Below, in pieces: positions 13,379 through 27,547 of a stretch of DNA of 64,000 nucleotides (position 1 is its first letter; each line of letters opens with the position of its first letter). A program made the translations under genes and the position numbers. This stretch comes from Octopus vulgaris (taxonomy: Eukaryota). The stretch lies in NCBI GenBank assembly GCA_951406725.2, contig OX597816.1, positions 77,686,001-77,750,000 on the forward strand, read 5' to 3'. The notes under the pieces are model-generated. The model worked only from the letters and a program-made list of their open reading frames with translations. It was not told the origin of the DNA and ran no database searches.

Positions 13379-13900
13379 AGATCATTTCTAATATATCTCT
13401 CAAACAGTGAAGATATCAGCTACGCTACATTCCCATCTACACCTACAACATTCATCATTAGATATTATAAAATCTATTTTATATTTTCTGAGATAATAGT
13501 AACCACGTTAAAGCTTTTCTTTGTGCCATTATTATTTTTGACACTTAATTTCAAGTCTTCCATAAAGAACTTATGCGTTAGGCGGTGTTTCTTTATTTCC
13601 CTAAGCCACACATATATTCTCCAGATTTTCAAGGTATTAAAAGGATAAGGGACTCTTTTCAAATGTATATAGCTTTATAGGGAGTTTGTCTCCGTGAAAT
13701 ATATTGCCCCGATACTTTATTCTGTCAGAGATAAACAATCACCTCCTGTATTTCTCTTCATGATGGTGGCCTAGGACAAGTCAAGTTGTCTATGGCCGTG
13801 ATTTAGGAAACTTTACCAGGTATAAGGTGCGACAGGAGAACAATCGGTTACTCTCTTGTAAATAGGTCAGATTCTAACCAAATTCCTAGTATATCATCTC
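13379..13900 (-). mobile_element. Dong/R4-clade LINE RT fragment
   Basis: Reverse complement gives GNIFHGD...RLTHKFFMEDLKL...VVTIISENI, a degenerate GIFQGD...HLxFMDDLKL. Confidence 0.6.
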
Positions 13901-14254
13901 ACGTTTGATATTATAAATTTATTAATTACCAGCCGTTCATCACGTCTCCCAACTTTATTTTTTCGCATTTGCTGGCTCCATTGTGATGGTGTTATTAGTG
14001 TTAGAGTGTTTACATTTATTTATATGCGGGACTTGTTATAACCACTTAAATTTCAGTATTCAGTTGTACGCGTGCGCACACATACTGTGTTAGAAAGCTT
14101 TAGTCATCAAGTTAGAAGATTAAATATCATGAAAAACAATTGTTACCGTAAAAGTATTTAAAGATCCCTATATTTTGGAATAAGAAATATAACTTTCATG
14201 TAGATCTAGTAGAGAAAGAGAGCGAGCGAGCGAGAGAGAGAGAGAGAGAGAGAG

Positions 14255-14639
14255 CCTACAGCCGGTCTTCGTCATCGCCTGAATCTCCGACCTCTCCCTT
14301 CAGTGCTTCTACAACGGCGCTTAAGGTGGTTCGGTCATGCGGGCCGGCGTCCAGATGGTGAGCTGATTCGTGAGTCCTCCTCCCACCTCCACTTCCCAAC
14401 TGGCGCGAACGCACGAGCGGCCAGCAGAAGACCTGGGCAACGACGATAAAGGAGGACCTCTCCGAATTTTCAGGTCCACAGGTGGTCGGTCTGCACAGAT
14501 GGAACCGCGAATGGCTCACTATCTCCAGTGACCTCGCACATGACCGTCGAGCGTGGGCCGCCATGGTTCGTGATGCCGTCAGGACCAGAGAAGAAGCCGG
14601 CTCAACCCGCCCTGGGTGAACGCCGTCTCAAGCAAAAAA

Positions 14640-14643
<4 letters not shown>
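14255..14643 (+). mobile_element. 5'-truncated RTE-clade LINE 3' end inserted in (GA)n
   Basis: Plus-strand RRLRWFGHAGRRPDGELIR...KTWATTIKEDL...LAHDRRAW, then a CAAGCAAA tail. GC-rich and flanked by (GA)n on both sides. Confidence 0.8.
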
Positions 14644-14685
<42 letters not shown>

Positions 14686-15303
14686 TAAATGACCATCTAG
14701 ATTGGCACCTTGTCCTTGTGTGGCTTTGTTGGCATCTTAGCCGAATGGCCAAGATGTCAACATCCATTCCAATAGAGAATGAATGAGTAAGATTTTTCCC
14801 CAATACCGTTCTGTCCCATCAAATCTTCAGGAGGAGCTTTGACGTATTTTAAGTGATGCAGTTAACCAAATCGTTTAAGAAGATTCTCCGAGGAGAAGAG
14901 GGAGAGGAGGGAAACAAGGGTTGACAGAAGTGAACATTGAAAAACTTTAATATTTATATACCTTCATGAACTGTCGATGTATCTCGCTTGTCCACGCTGA
15001 AAGAAAAGCTGCCAGGTCTTTAAAAAATCTGTAACTAGGAGGCTGACTAAATGAAGAGGCGGGCGATAGACAGAAACAAGGCAACAACGAGGACTCTTCG
15101 AAACATCTTAACAGCATGTATTCCAATTATTGTGCTCTCGTTGACAGCATTTGTTTAGGTCAAAAATACGTTTCAGCAGCCATTTTACAACTCATTGCTA
15201 AATTCAATGTAATCCAAGTTTAGATATCGAGAGATGACAAGACGACGAGATGAGATGATGATGATGATGATGACGATGGTGATGATGAGGATGATGATGA
15301 TCA

Positions 15304-15334
<31 letters not shown>

Positions 15335-15413
15335 CACATACACAACACACATGTAAGCACATATAGACATTCACACACACGTGTATATATATATATATAT
15401 ATATATATATTAA

Positions 15414-15455
<42 letters not shown>

Positions 15456-16369
15456 ACTCTTTATCTTTTATTAAACTTTTAATACTTTTGATATATATTT
15501 AAAATAATATAAATTAAATTAATTTTATGTATTGGCTTAAGTTTTTCATTGTTTGATTTGCGTAATAGTGGTTTTATCTCTAATTTATTATAATATATAT
15601 ATATATATATATATACACATACACACATACACATATTTACCTATATAGATACAAATATCTTTATACGTACATACAAACATACACACATATACACTCAGGT
15701 ATACACACATGCACTCACTCATATACACACATTTATATGTAAATACACGCATATATGTATTATAAATATACACATACGTATATATACTTGCGTACTCAAG
15801 GAGCAGCGTTCCTTTTAGTCAGGTTGTATTGAAAACAGAAATGTTTTCCATACAACACACACGCACACATACACACACATACACCCACATTAAATAACTA
15901 ACGATACATTTACCACTGGGAATCGAAGATCTTTCTTACAAAATAGATATCTTTGAATTGATGGCTGAAATATAATTGTCGAATTATGGTCGAGAAGTAA
16001 TAAGATATAGCTGTACACTAGAACTGCTGTTGAGAGACATGAACCGTATAAAGACACAATATCTTATGTCTACAGGATTCTACAGAGAAATGAATTCTTT
16101 AAAGCGATGCCAACCTTACCAACTTTTTCTTTTCACGTTTTCTCATCACTTACATCTTTCTTTCATTCTTTTTTTCTTATATTCCATCTTGTCTCCAGAT
16201 CTTCATATATTCTTGCGTTTGTATGCGTGTTTTTGTTTGTCGTAGTGTTTTGTACACACATACACACGAATGTGTATATATATATTTTATATGTGTGTGT
16301 GTATATATATATGTATGTAGACATATGTATATATATATATATATGTATGTATATATATGAAAATATATT

Positions 16370-16416
<47 letters not shown>

Positions 16417-16486
16417 ATATTTATTTATGTATATAAACATACACATACACAAACATATGAATGTATGTATGTATCTATGTATGCAA

Positions 16487-16525
<39 letters not shown>

Positions 16526-17184
16526 TATATAATATGTTTCGAATATATATATATATTTATATATAATATGTTTAGAAAAATATCTAACAAAACAAATCCA
16601 AGAGACGTTCACAGATGATATTATTAGGTTGCCACTCAAAGACGGAAAAACAGTTGCAGAGTAAAAGTTATAGAGTAAAAGTATAACGTTTCGGATATAA
16701 TCCTTCGTCTCAGGAGATTCTGGGAAGAGAAAAAAGAGAAGAAAGGAGATTAAAAAATAGAGGAGAGCCATGGAAAATGCACGTGGGTTTTGATTCGCAT
16801 GTTTGACCTCTCACTGAGATAATTGTTTTTTTACTAAACGCAATTTAATTTATTTTAGTTTTTGTGAAAAATAGGCTCTGTTGTTAAACAATAGTTATTT
16901 CTCTCTGTGGTCAGAAAAAGAGATCATTTGACTAGTTTCAGCATTTATTATGGTATCATTAGATATCTTGCGTCTATTGACGGTGTAGACAAAGCAAAGT
17001 TGAACTATGTTTCTCTGCGGAATTTGCATAACATTGGAAGTGGGAATAATGTACGACGCAATATATGTTTGCTAAAAAGACATTCTCGTAAGGTATCCTC
17101 ATATCTCTTTGCATCATATCATAGAATAATGGTAAACATGTCTTAAAAAGAGCATTTATTTACTGTACTTTGTACGTTACAAAC

Positions 17185-17534
17185 GTATGGTATCGGTACA
17201 AGTGAGTGGAATATCCCTGTATGATATTCAATGATGTTAAGATGGAGCATGGGCTTTCAAAGTGTGCTATGATGGTAAGATGAGGAAAGCTTGTCAGGAC
17301 AGAAGGCATAGGTTTGCCAAGTAGTGAAATGATGAAGGCATTTCAACCTCAATTCAGCTATAAATAATATATAAATTATATATATATAATACTTGAGGCA
17401 GATGGAATTAAACACAACGACATGAAGGAAACGTCAAAAAGAGAGTACCCGCGGCGAGTGAGAAAAATACTGGCTTCAAAGCTGAATGCCAGAAACCTAA
17501 TTTCGGCAATAAACTCACGTGCACTTGCAGTAGC
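17185..17534 (+). mobile_element. Dong/R4-clade LINE fragment
   Basis: DVKMEHGLSKCA...SYKY...EADGIKHNDMKE..KREYPRRVRKILASKLNARNLISAINSRA, typical of the post-RT region of R4/Dong elements. Confidence 0.75.
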
Positions 17535-18240
17535 TGATTGCGGAAGAAAGCTTTGTTGAAATTGCCTTCAGTCCTGTGGAATGTCAATTCAATGGTGGAA
17601 AGTCTGATTATGCATTTACGTATTGCTATTGGGCACTTTCTTTATGATATTTGATGGATGGTTGGATTCTAATTGCTTGTACAAGCAGAGGTTGATTGCT
17701 TGGATTGCTATCGTGTTCGTACAATCTTGAGGTTAGATTCCAGAGAGCTGGCAGAGAACTTTTTTGTTTCCATTATCTTCAAGTTGAAGATTTTGAAGGA
17801 GGACGTGATATGTTTTCTGACTGTATCAGAAGACCCCATAACTTCGAGATCAGTAGGCCATCATGTCGAAGTTTCTATAACGTGTATTTTTTGCTTTTGT
17901 TTTTAGCTTGCAACCTTAGCTGTTGATTTGTTCGACACTTAATCAACACTTTACATGCTAATTACTCTGTATTTTATTAAAGTTGTCTTTGTGGACTTTA
18001 TAGGCCATAAATGTGTTTACTTTGTCTATGTTAGCATTGTTGTATAGGCTGAATTGAGCAGTTATTTGTTTTGCTTATGTACTGATGTTATTATATATGC
18101 CATTGTAAAGATTTTGCAGGTTTTATTTTCTCGAGTAGTGTCCCCATAAAAATGAATCGTCTAGTCCGTATCTGAATATTTGGCTTGTCGAGTTTATTTT
18201 CTTACTTCCGCTGAAACCTCGGTTAGAATTTGTTGCTTGG
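17535..18240 (-). mobile_element. Penelope-like element RT fragment
   Basis: Reverse complement gives degenerate DGL...LKI..E...SNHPSNIIKKVP-IAIRKCIIRLS...FNKAF; the SNHP thumb motif is characteristic of PLE RTs. Confidence 0.65.
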
Positions 18241-18764
18241 GTCTCAAAATTTTATATTCTTTATATTTGGCGCATCACATTCGCCCTTGTCTTTGTGTTG
18301 AGATGGCATTTCTTAGATTGTGTGCGTGTGTGCATATCATGGCACTCCGACAGTTACGACGACGAGGGTGCCAATTCAATTTCAAACAAACATTTAACAA
18401 GGAAAAATAACTCGAACACAACACTAGATACCAATGAAAGTGATGTTTATTGGATTATTTAATGAGAATATGTTTTGGTATGTTTTTTTTCCCCAAAATT
18501 TCTAAACAGAGACAATGACAGCTCCCAATGTAGTCCTCAAATTAATAGGACCTGATTAACTCACATATAAAAAAATTAAAAATAACATAAAAAACAAAAT
18601 TTAAGAACATATATATATGCAAAGAATACTTGATACAGTCACAATATTTGATGAAAAATTTTCTTATAGGTTAACTGTTTAAAACGATACGAACCTTTTG
18701 GGATGAAGTTTTCGAATCGTGTGTAAGCGTTTTCGTTGTTCAATTTTTCAAACACACGTGTTTG

Positions 18765-18826
<62 letters not shown>

Positions 18827-20043
18827 CATACATGGCAAATACTGAATATAAGGATTATTTCTTAAGTATGTTTATTATTCTTATATATTTAACTTGATTA
18901 CTTATTCTATATTATATTTCCACGTTCTTCCCACCATATAAAAAATCTTTTCGGATATAGGCACAAGTTTATCTTGCTTTGGGGAAAGCAAATATTTGAT
19001 TATATAGAGTCCCGTATTTGACGAGTACTTCTTTAACCAATTCTACAAAGTCGACTTCTGCGAGAATGATCACAGAACATAAATACACGAAACTATATAC
19101 TAATAATTTTTCTGATTTTGATGCAAGGTCAGCAGTTTTGAGAAAAGGAACAAGAGGATTGCATCGACTCCAGTACCTGATGGCACTTTATTTTATTGAA
19201 ACGGAAAGGACGAAAGGCAAAGTTGAGCTCGGCGACGTTTGAGGTCAGAATGAAATGCCGCTAAGCATTTTATCGAACTCGCTTACGATCCTGCCAGCTC
19301 ACTGTCTCAGATAATAATAATAAGGAAAAGGCTTGGAATTTATGGGGAAAGAGCTAGTCGACTACTTTGATCCCCAGTGCTCGACTGGTACTTATTTTAT
19401 CGGCTTCGAAAGGATGAAAGGCAAAGTCGACCTCGGCGAAATTTGAACTCAAAACAAAGTCGGACGAAATGCCACTAGGCTAACAGTTCTGCTAGCTCGC
19501 CGTCTCACTAATAATAATACTAATAATAATTAGCATAAAAATCCGTCGATTTTCGAAATTGTTCCGTTTTCAGTGAGTTCTCAAAAAAAAAAAAAATGTG
19601 CTTTCTGAAGAACAAGATTAAAGCCCACAAATTTCTCGCGAAGAAATATGCCTACCGAAGGAATGGATTAACATCAGTATATGAATGGTGCAATATTTAT
19701 GATTGTTGACTTTGGGAGCATGAAAGAAGAAAATAAAACCCTGGTAAGATTTGAATTCAAAACGTAAAGGGATGTAACTGAAAACCGAAGTATTTTTGTC
19801 GCGCATTCTATCGATTTTTTACCATTCATCGCTCTCTTAACGATTTACAATCATCTACATGTTCTAATATGAAACAAAACATAATTTAACATAAACAATC
19901 ACACTATTAGATACAACAATAACAAATTGAGAAAAATGACTTCGTGCAAATGAAGTAGAAGTAGTCTACATGTTGACTTTTACTTGTTAAGAAAACCTGC
20001 CTTGATCTCCCGCTATACACACAAACAAGATCACTTGGTTGGT

Positions 20044-20216
20044 TTAATAATTGCAGTTTTTGACGAGGGCCTTGTAGTTGCACAACTTAAGTTGCCTGTC
20101 GAATAGTGTGTTTGTTGGGCATTTCAACACGAATGCTTTTGCCTCCATGCAGAGCACATACAGCCTGCAGTCGCGAGATACATAGTAGATTCCATCTAGA
20201 CGATAGCTGCAGTCAA
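20044..20216 (-). CDS. Chitinase last coding exon: CBM14 (peritrophin-A/ChtBD2) chitin-binding domain
   Basis: ttttacag|TT GAC TGC...AAT TAT TAA = (F)DCSYRLDGIYYVSRDCRLYVLCMEAKAFVLKCPTNTLFDRQLKLCNYKALVKNCNY*. Six Cys in CBM14 spacing; phase 1 matches the upstream exon. Confidence 0.93.
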
Positions 20217-20689
20217 CTGTAAAAGTAGAAAGAGAATAAATCACAGTACTTAGTTACTTACATCAGAGAATTGTTAATTAATACAAGATCCGTAATGATC
20301 GAGCCAATCTATACTCAGAGGTGTCCCAGCCAGCCAGCCAGCCAACATGCCAGTAACCATCCTGTCTTTTATTCAATCTACGAACAGAAGACTTTATCCA
20401 GTGTCATATTTTTTAAAAAGGTGTCATTTGAAAGTTATATGGATGATATTTCTAACAGGTCAAGCGACCATGTCAGGGTTTCCTCCAGTAATGTAGAAGG
20501 ATGGCAAACTCCCCAGCGAGCCGAATCTCCATTGTAAGTTCGAGCCTGGTTGAACCAGTTGACTTCACCACTTAATCCTTGATATCTGTGTAGTCAATTG
20601 CTCAGAAACCAATCGTTTATGTTTGGTTAACATTGATAGATTTAATTTCTAAATATCTTCTTTCACCGTCCAGAAATATACACGTGCGC

Positions 20690-21069
<380 letters not shown>

Positions 21070-21347
21070 CATTATTTTTGTGTGACTCGGTATGGTCTGC
21101 GGCCCGGTGTTTAGAGATTCCTACCGTATACTGGTTTCAAATTTTGGCACAACAATTTCGGGAGAGGGGGCAAGTCAAAAGGATGAAAGGTAAAGTCGAC
21201 CTCGGCGAGATTTGAACGTAAAGACAGACGAAGTGCATGCCTGCCATATATGATGATTCGGTGGTGATTACGTTTGTCTTATAAAAAAGTTCACTCATTA
21301 TGGATTTACAAAAATTAATAATATACAGTATAAAATAATATCATAAC

Positions 21348-21409
<62 letters not shown>

Positions 21410-21416
21410 TACTTAC

Positions 21417-21630
21417 AGGTGTTGGACGGCGGAAAAAGAGTAACAGGGTTTGCAGTAGTGACAGGGCCCAGTGTCGGTCGTACAGTTGGAGTCCATTGCC
21501 ATGGTTTGAGAATCTCGTCGATTTTCATGATCAAAGGGTATCTGCCATAGCCGCACACGTTGTTAAAGTCATCCATCTCGACTGACCATAAAAAGGCACC
21601 ACCCAGGTTGTTGTTGACAATATAATTAGC
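21417..21630 (-). CDS. GH18 chitinase exon (end of catalytic domain plus Pro/Thr linker)
   Basis: ttttag|GCT AAT TAT...AAC ACC T|gtaagt = ANYIVNNNLGGAFLWSVEMDDFNNVCGYGRYPLIMKIDEILKPWQWTPTVRPTLGPVTTANPVTLFPPSNT, with the LGGAxxWxxxxDDF motif. 214 nt, phase 0 to 1. Confidence 0.96.
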
Positions 21631-22965
21631 CTAAAATTGATTGTGTTAGTTAAAAAAAGGTAAGGGATCCAAATAATGAATTTTTGTTTCCAGGAAGTAC
21701 ATAAGTGTAGAAGATGTTATAATATTTTTATTTATATAATTTTACACTATGTTAAATTAACATTGATATATTTAATTTCGAAGCAAATTTTAAACGAATA
21801 ACGTCTTAATTCGAAAATATTTAGGCAAAAAATATTTTCCAAAATATATAAAACCTGAAAACATTTCTATTTTGTATAGTTATTTATCGATTTCTGGTAT
21901 ATAATGTCAGAAATCGAGAAGGGGACATAGTCGACTCGAGTACTTGAGAGATATTTGTTTTATCAACCTTGAAATGATCAAAGTCAAAACCAAACTCGGT
22001 GAAGACTGAACTCAACACATAAAGAAATATAATTAAATACTATAAGATATTTCGTCTGGTGTTCAACCATCTTTGTTCTTTATTGAAATATTGATTTCTT
22101 TTGAGAAGGAAGGGTTTTATGGACGTTTTTATCGATCTTTATAATTGATTTAAAAATTTCGCTTCAGGCTGGCAATTTCGGAGCAAGAGGTAACTTGAAT
22201 ACATCAATCACAGTAATCAACTGGTACTTATTTTATCGACCCCAAAAGGATGAAAGTCATAGCTGACCTCTGCAGAATTTCAACTCAGATCGTAAAGACG
22301 GACGAAAGGCTGCTAAGCATTTTACCCGGAGTGCAAACGATTCTGCAAGCGTATTGCCTTATCAATCTTAGTAATTGACGAATAGATTTTTTATTGATCC
22401 TAGAGAAATAGAATGCAGCCAACTCGATTTTGAACTAGCGTCGGCGCACGGAGAGAAATAATGAGGTCGGCATAATCGATTAAGTTGATCACAGGACTTG
22501 ATTGGTACCTATTTTATTTTATCGATACCGGAAGTATAAAAGGTAAAGTCGAAAGTTGACGTCGGCGAGATTTGAACTCAAAGCACAAAGTGTGCAATTT
22601 GTTTTGTGTTTCCCGCTTTGCCACCCCACTATCATTAGCAAGGGAATATTAAAAACTATTGCCTCCGTGAGTAATAGCAGGAAATTTTACATAAGTACAA
22701 CAATTATTTTACTTATTTTAAAATTTCATGTAGATTATGAGGTAAAGAATTAAATAGTAATTTTTAAAATGAAAATATTTATTTGATTAAAATAAAGTTA
22801 AATAAAACATTCATAATTTGTATATTCACAATACATATGTTGTCAAGAACCATACTACTGTTTAACTATCAATTAAATACAGATGTAATATATTGATCAG
22901 TTCCATATAAGTTAGCATGACCGAGCAAGCAACAATGAGTTTTATTAGTATTGATATTAACTTAC

Positions 22966-23091
22966 CTTGTATGTAATGCTTTCAAGATCATCATAACCAA
23001 CCCACTGGTCCCCACCATAGGCGTAGGGTACTTTCATATCATTCAACCAGATTCGGCGCCACGGATTCGGTCCCTTCTGGTAGGTACATAT
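22966..23091 (-). CDS. GH18 chitinase exon
   Basis: ttcacag|ATA TGT...TAC AAG|gtaagt = ICTYQKGPNPWRRIWLNDMKVPYAYGGDQWVGYDDLESITYK, with the VPYAY...QWVGYDD motif. 126 nt, phase 0 to 0. Confidence 0.96.
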
Positions 23092-23973
23092 CTGTGAAGA
23101 ATAGATTATTGATTTTGTACTTTGGTGCAATGACAAATGTAGAAGGGGAAAATAAACGAAATCAGTTTCATTAACTGCGATATACATTTGCGGACGCAGA
23201 CCTGACTGTGTCCTTAACAAGTTTTCTTGGCAATAATGTAATTCCGACTTCAATCTCACTGCATAGCACATTAGGCAAGTTTCTTCTCCAATAATCGCGA
23301 GTCGATCCAAGCCTTGTGAGTGAAAATGAGTAGACCCATATTGTGTGGAAGCCAATGGAATGGACTGTACACAATAAGTTGTGGTTTCCTCTCCTTCCTC
23401 CGATTCTTGGAGGTCCTGTCAACGCCATATGCGCTGATTTTCGTCCTTTGACTAAGCCACTTCTATACCCTAAAATACTGATGATTGGTTTTCGAAATTA
23501 TATAAACAAAGAAAATCGAACCTGGCGTCATTTGAACCAGTAACCTAGAGGATCAACGCTAAATATTGTAAAACGCTTATATAAAATGAAATAATATAAA
23601 ACAGTAATATAAGGGAATGTATCTTGTTGACGTAATATCTACTGATTCACTTCTTAAGAAAGCCGTCAGCCGACGCTTGCTGTACACAAATGTAAATATT
23701 GATGTCTAATATAGAGACAATGCTACATATTTGTAGGAGACGGAGCGTTTGATTATAACAATTCCAGTACAAACTGGTATTTCACTTTGTTGATCTTAGA
23801 AAAATGACAGCTGACTTCGGTGACGTTTGATCACAGAACAAATACACCGAGGCATTTTGTCCAACGACTTACCGATCCTGCCAGTCCATCGTCTTTACAT
23901 ATATAGTTTCTGATTTAGTCACACGGCTAGCAATTTTGAGGGGAAGGTTTTAGTCAATATCATCGACTCCAGT

Positions 23974-24190
23974 CAATCAATGCGCTCTTTTAAAGCCTAG
24001 CCAGGCTCATGGGCCCGGTTTCCCAGTTTCAATGGCGTATGTGTTCCCCAGGTGGGTGGGTGAGTGGACTGGAGCAACGCGAAATGAAGTGTTTTGCTCA
24101 AGAACACAACGCGTCGCCCAGTCCAGGAATCGAAACCACAATCTTACGATCATGATGCTGACACCCTAACCACTAAGCCACGTGCCTCCA
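23974..24190 (-). mobile_element. SINE family C nested in a family A SINE
   Basis: 13-bp TSD catcgactccagt at 23961-23973 and 24191-24203; B-box-like GGTTTCGATTCC on the minus strand. Confidence 0.8.
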
Positions 24191-26317
24191 CATCGACTCC
24201 AGTACTTGACTGATATTTTATTTTATCGATCTCGGTGAGACAAAAAACATAGTTGGCCTCGGTGGGATCGGAACTCAAAATGTAAAGAGTTGGAACAAAT
24301 ATTGGAAAGCATTTTACGATGCTCTAACGATTCTATTAAATCATCGCCTTATTGACTTCACACACACACGTGTGTTATCGGGTAGAATTAAACAATCAAT
24401 ATGATATACATGGAGAGACAGTGAAATGGCAGAATCGTTAGCATACCGGGGAGATGCTTAGCGGCATTTAGTCCGTCTTTCTGAGTTCAAATTCCGGCAG
24501 GGTCGTTTGCTTTTCATTCTTTCCAGGTCGATAAAATAAGTATCAGCTGAACACTGGGGTCAATGTAATCGATTTAGCTTCCCACTCAAAAACTATTGGC
24601 CTTGTGCTAAAGCTGGAAACCAATATCATATATGTGGAGAGTCCACTACAATTGAAACTATGGGTATTCGCCTCTCGGTAATCAAAAGTGAATAATTTCG
24701 GTAGTGATTCTCTCACAGTTTAAGCAGTGGTTCTGCGTAATGAACCAGGAGGAAACCTTTATGTAGTTGATTGACAAACAAGTAATAGCAATTAAATCTT
24801 CAAATCACATCTTACTGTCTGATAAAAGGAAAGGACACGTTGGATAATCTACAGTGGTTGAAAGGCGACGAGCTGACAGATTCTTTAGTGCGCCGTTGTT
24901 AGTGTTTTGTTTGAGTTAGTGAGTTGGAAGTGTATACGCTCCTTGTGAGTACCGTTTTTGTTTAACTGTTGTTTATTTTATTTCTTTATTGCCCGTTACC
25001 TGTTTAACTTGTTACCGTTTTAAAATTTTCTTCCCCATTTATAGGTGAAATTGTTAATAATATAGAAAGTACACCATTGCAAGTGGGCAGTTGTGCTGCA
25101 GTGACTAGCAAAAGCCTGTCAGCGGAGGGACTGCAAGTCAAAGAAATTAAATTGAAGGAAGAAGACTTTAAAAAATCCAGCTGGATTTCAACTCAAAACT
25201 TAGAGGTTCGAATCATAAAAAAAATCCAATGTTATATCTTTATTCAAACCAACTGTAAAATGATGATTTATTTTGATTATGTAAATGGTGACATTTTTAG
25301 GGTAAATTATCAGCTATATCAACTTCTTTGTATTACTGGTGTTTACTTTACCGTCACCTAATTGATTGGTCTAGTAATGCTAAATCTTTGTAGAACGTGA
25401 CCTTATCTAAAATTTGTTGCCACTTGGAACATAAAATCACCAACATCAAGAGGTTATACAACATATGTTCTCGGAAGCTTTTGGAAGAACGCGAATGAAA
25501 AATAAAGATAAGATAAAAATAAGAGTCCAACCGTCCAGAACAGCTGCTACTTCGGGATTTAACACTGAACTGGGTGAAGTCGGTTAAATTTGCACGACAA
25601 GAAGAGAAGGGCTCGATAAATTACTTGCTTATTTTGAACCGTCCTTCTAATGACTTCGAAAAGGGAAGACAACGTCCATGACACTTTTTCAGAGTCTCCA
25701 TGACTGGTGGGTAGTGGGTTGGAAGTTATCTTTAGACTGCGGACCTTAATCTGAATACTTGTAACAGAGCGGATGCCACACATAACACCCAAGGTACCTT
25801 GCAGTAGTGATAAGCCGAGCGACAGATTAAGTTTGTCACACAAGAATAGGACAGGCTTCCAAACAGTTTCTACCTACCAAATTTCATTCATAAGATTTTG
25901 GACACCTGAACGCTATAATAGAAAGACCGTGTATTGGAATGGAACCGCTTAACAACGTAGCTACTGTTATTGATATATATTTATTAAAAAATTGACGCCG
26001 TTACAATAAGAACATACAGTTATTTAATCTAAGTAGGAAAGGCAACGAATATTCCATATCTTACGAAGTATCCTCGATAGAATTCTTAAAATATGCGAAT
26101 ATTATATCACAAGACCCAAGGCTAGTTAATACCCGCAATGAAGAGTAAACGAATACGAAAGTTTTATTTGGTAGAATACCCCTGAGCTTCGTCAATATAA
26201 TAGAAAATACGGTTTCTATTAAAAATTTTGATTAGGAGTAACTTATACAGAATGACAACGCTAAATAGTGATGTGTATAAATATAAACTTGTTACCAGTG
26301 CAAATATGCTTGAAATA

Positions 26318-26571
26318 CACCTAGCCAGTCTGTGGGATTCTTGCATTTCGGAGTGGTTATCTCCTCTTGAGCTACAGAGACCGGAAAGGCAGACGCTGCG
26401 AACTGACACGAGAGACAGGATCTTCTTATGATATTCCCGTCATCGCTCAATGACTGGTTGTGCTGTTCAGGGACCTCTCGTGTCAATTCGCAGCGTCTGC
26501 TTTTCCAGTCTCTGTGACTGAAGAGGAGATAACCACTTTGAAATGCATGAATCCCATAGACTGGTTAGGTG
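26318..26571. mobile_element. Fold-back element (~97-bp arms) with decayed hammerhead cores
   Basis: Arms 26318-26414 / 26475-26571. Right arm CTGAAGA-GGAG-ATAACCA-CTTT-GAAA-TGCAT; left arm (reverse complement) CTCAAGA-GGAG-ATAACCA-CTCC-GAAA-TGCA. Confidence 0.65.
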
Positions 26572-27136
26572 CAGCTGGCTCAGTGTATTTGTACCTATTT
26601 GTCTACAACGAGAAATTTTTCCCATGACCAAATACAGTGAATGACTTTCTTACGGGTTCGAATATGCTCCAAGCATATTGTTTAACCTCAGGTCACTCCC
26701 GATCCAAGTGAATACTGAATAAAAGCTTTCCAGTTACGATTTTCATGAGTATGGGAGGTTATGTCCTTTTCGTATTCAAGACGGTGCCTGTCCTTTGAAA
26801 GAGTTTTGAGTGTTATCTACAACTATTAAGCGATCACTTAGAGGTTTCTTCGTTGGATCGTTGACATTTGATTTATCATGAATGTAGCTTAGCAGTCCTG
26901 ATATGCTGCTTTTATTTCATTGTCATGTCTGTTTTCATCTGCCGCAACTCAGTTAAGCCTGCTCCATTATCAGATTACCGGACAATTCTACTCCATCACT
27001 CTAACGTTGTCGAAACTATTCCATCGTCACTCGATCGTGTTCACTACTCTTACCATATTTTATTGCTTTTCTAATGTTCATTCGCTTCTTGAAATCATTG
27101 AATAGAATTTTAATAACTTTCTATTTGCTTCTGCAC

Positions 27137-27180
<44 letters not shown>

Positions 27181-27193
27181 ATACACACACACA

Positions 27194-27225
<32 letters not shown>

Positions 27226-27514
27226 TCATCATCATCATTTTTCTATATCACTGGTTGTAAATGTATAACTAGTCAAAATGTCACCTTCGGTTTTGCGCCG
27301 ACTATTGCATTTGGCAATACTGACAAATCTTCAAACATGGTGGCCGTAAGTGTATAGCCTCTTTGAAGCTGGGTGGATGTATACACAAACCCACGTTGAC
27401 TTGATATAGGTAAAAAGAACCGGAACCAAACAGTGAAAAATTAATCTATTTTTCAGGAGGAAAAACTACAGTTACTTCCTATGAATTGATGTAAGCCTTG
27501 TTGAACTGTATCAG

Positions 27515-27547
<33 letters not shown>

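Noticed and set aside
18400-20043. Chitinase 3' UTR and poly(A) signal
   Set aside because: Several minus-strand AATAAA candidates (about 19187, 18871, 18446), some within SINEs; cannot choose without transcript data.
23092-23428. Upstream extension of ORF 22957-23355 as chitinase coding sequence
   Set aside because: The splice acceptor at 23092-23093 defines the exon; the upstream part is a decayed SINE in the intron.
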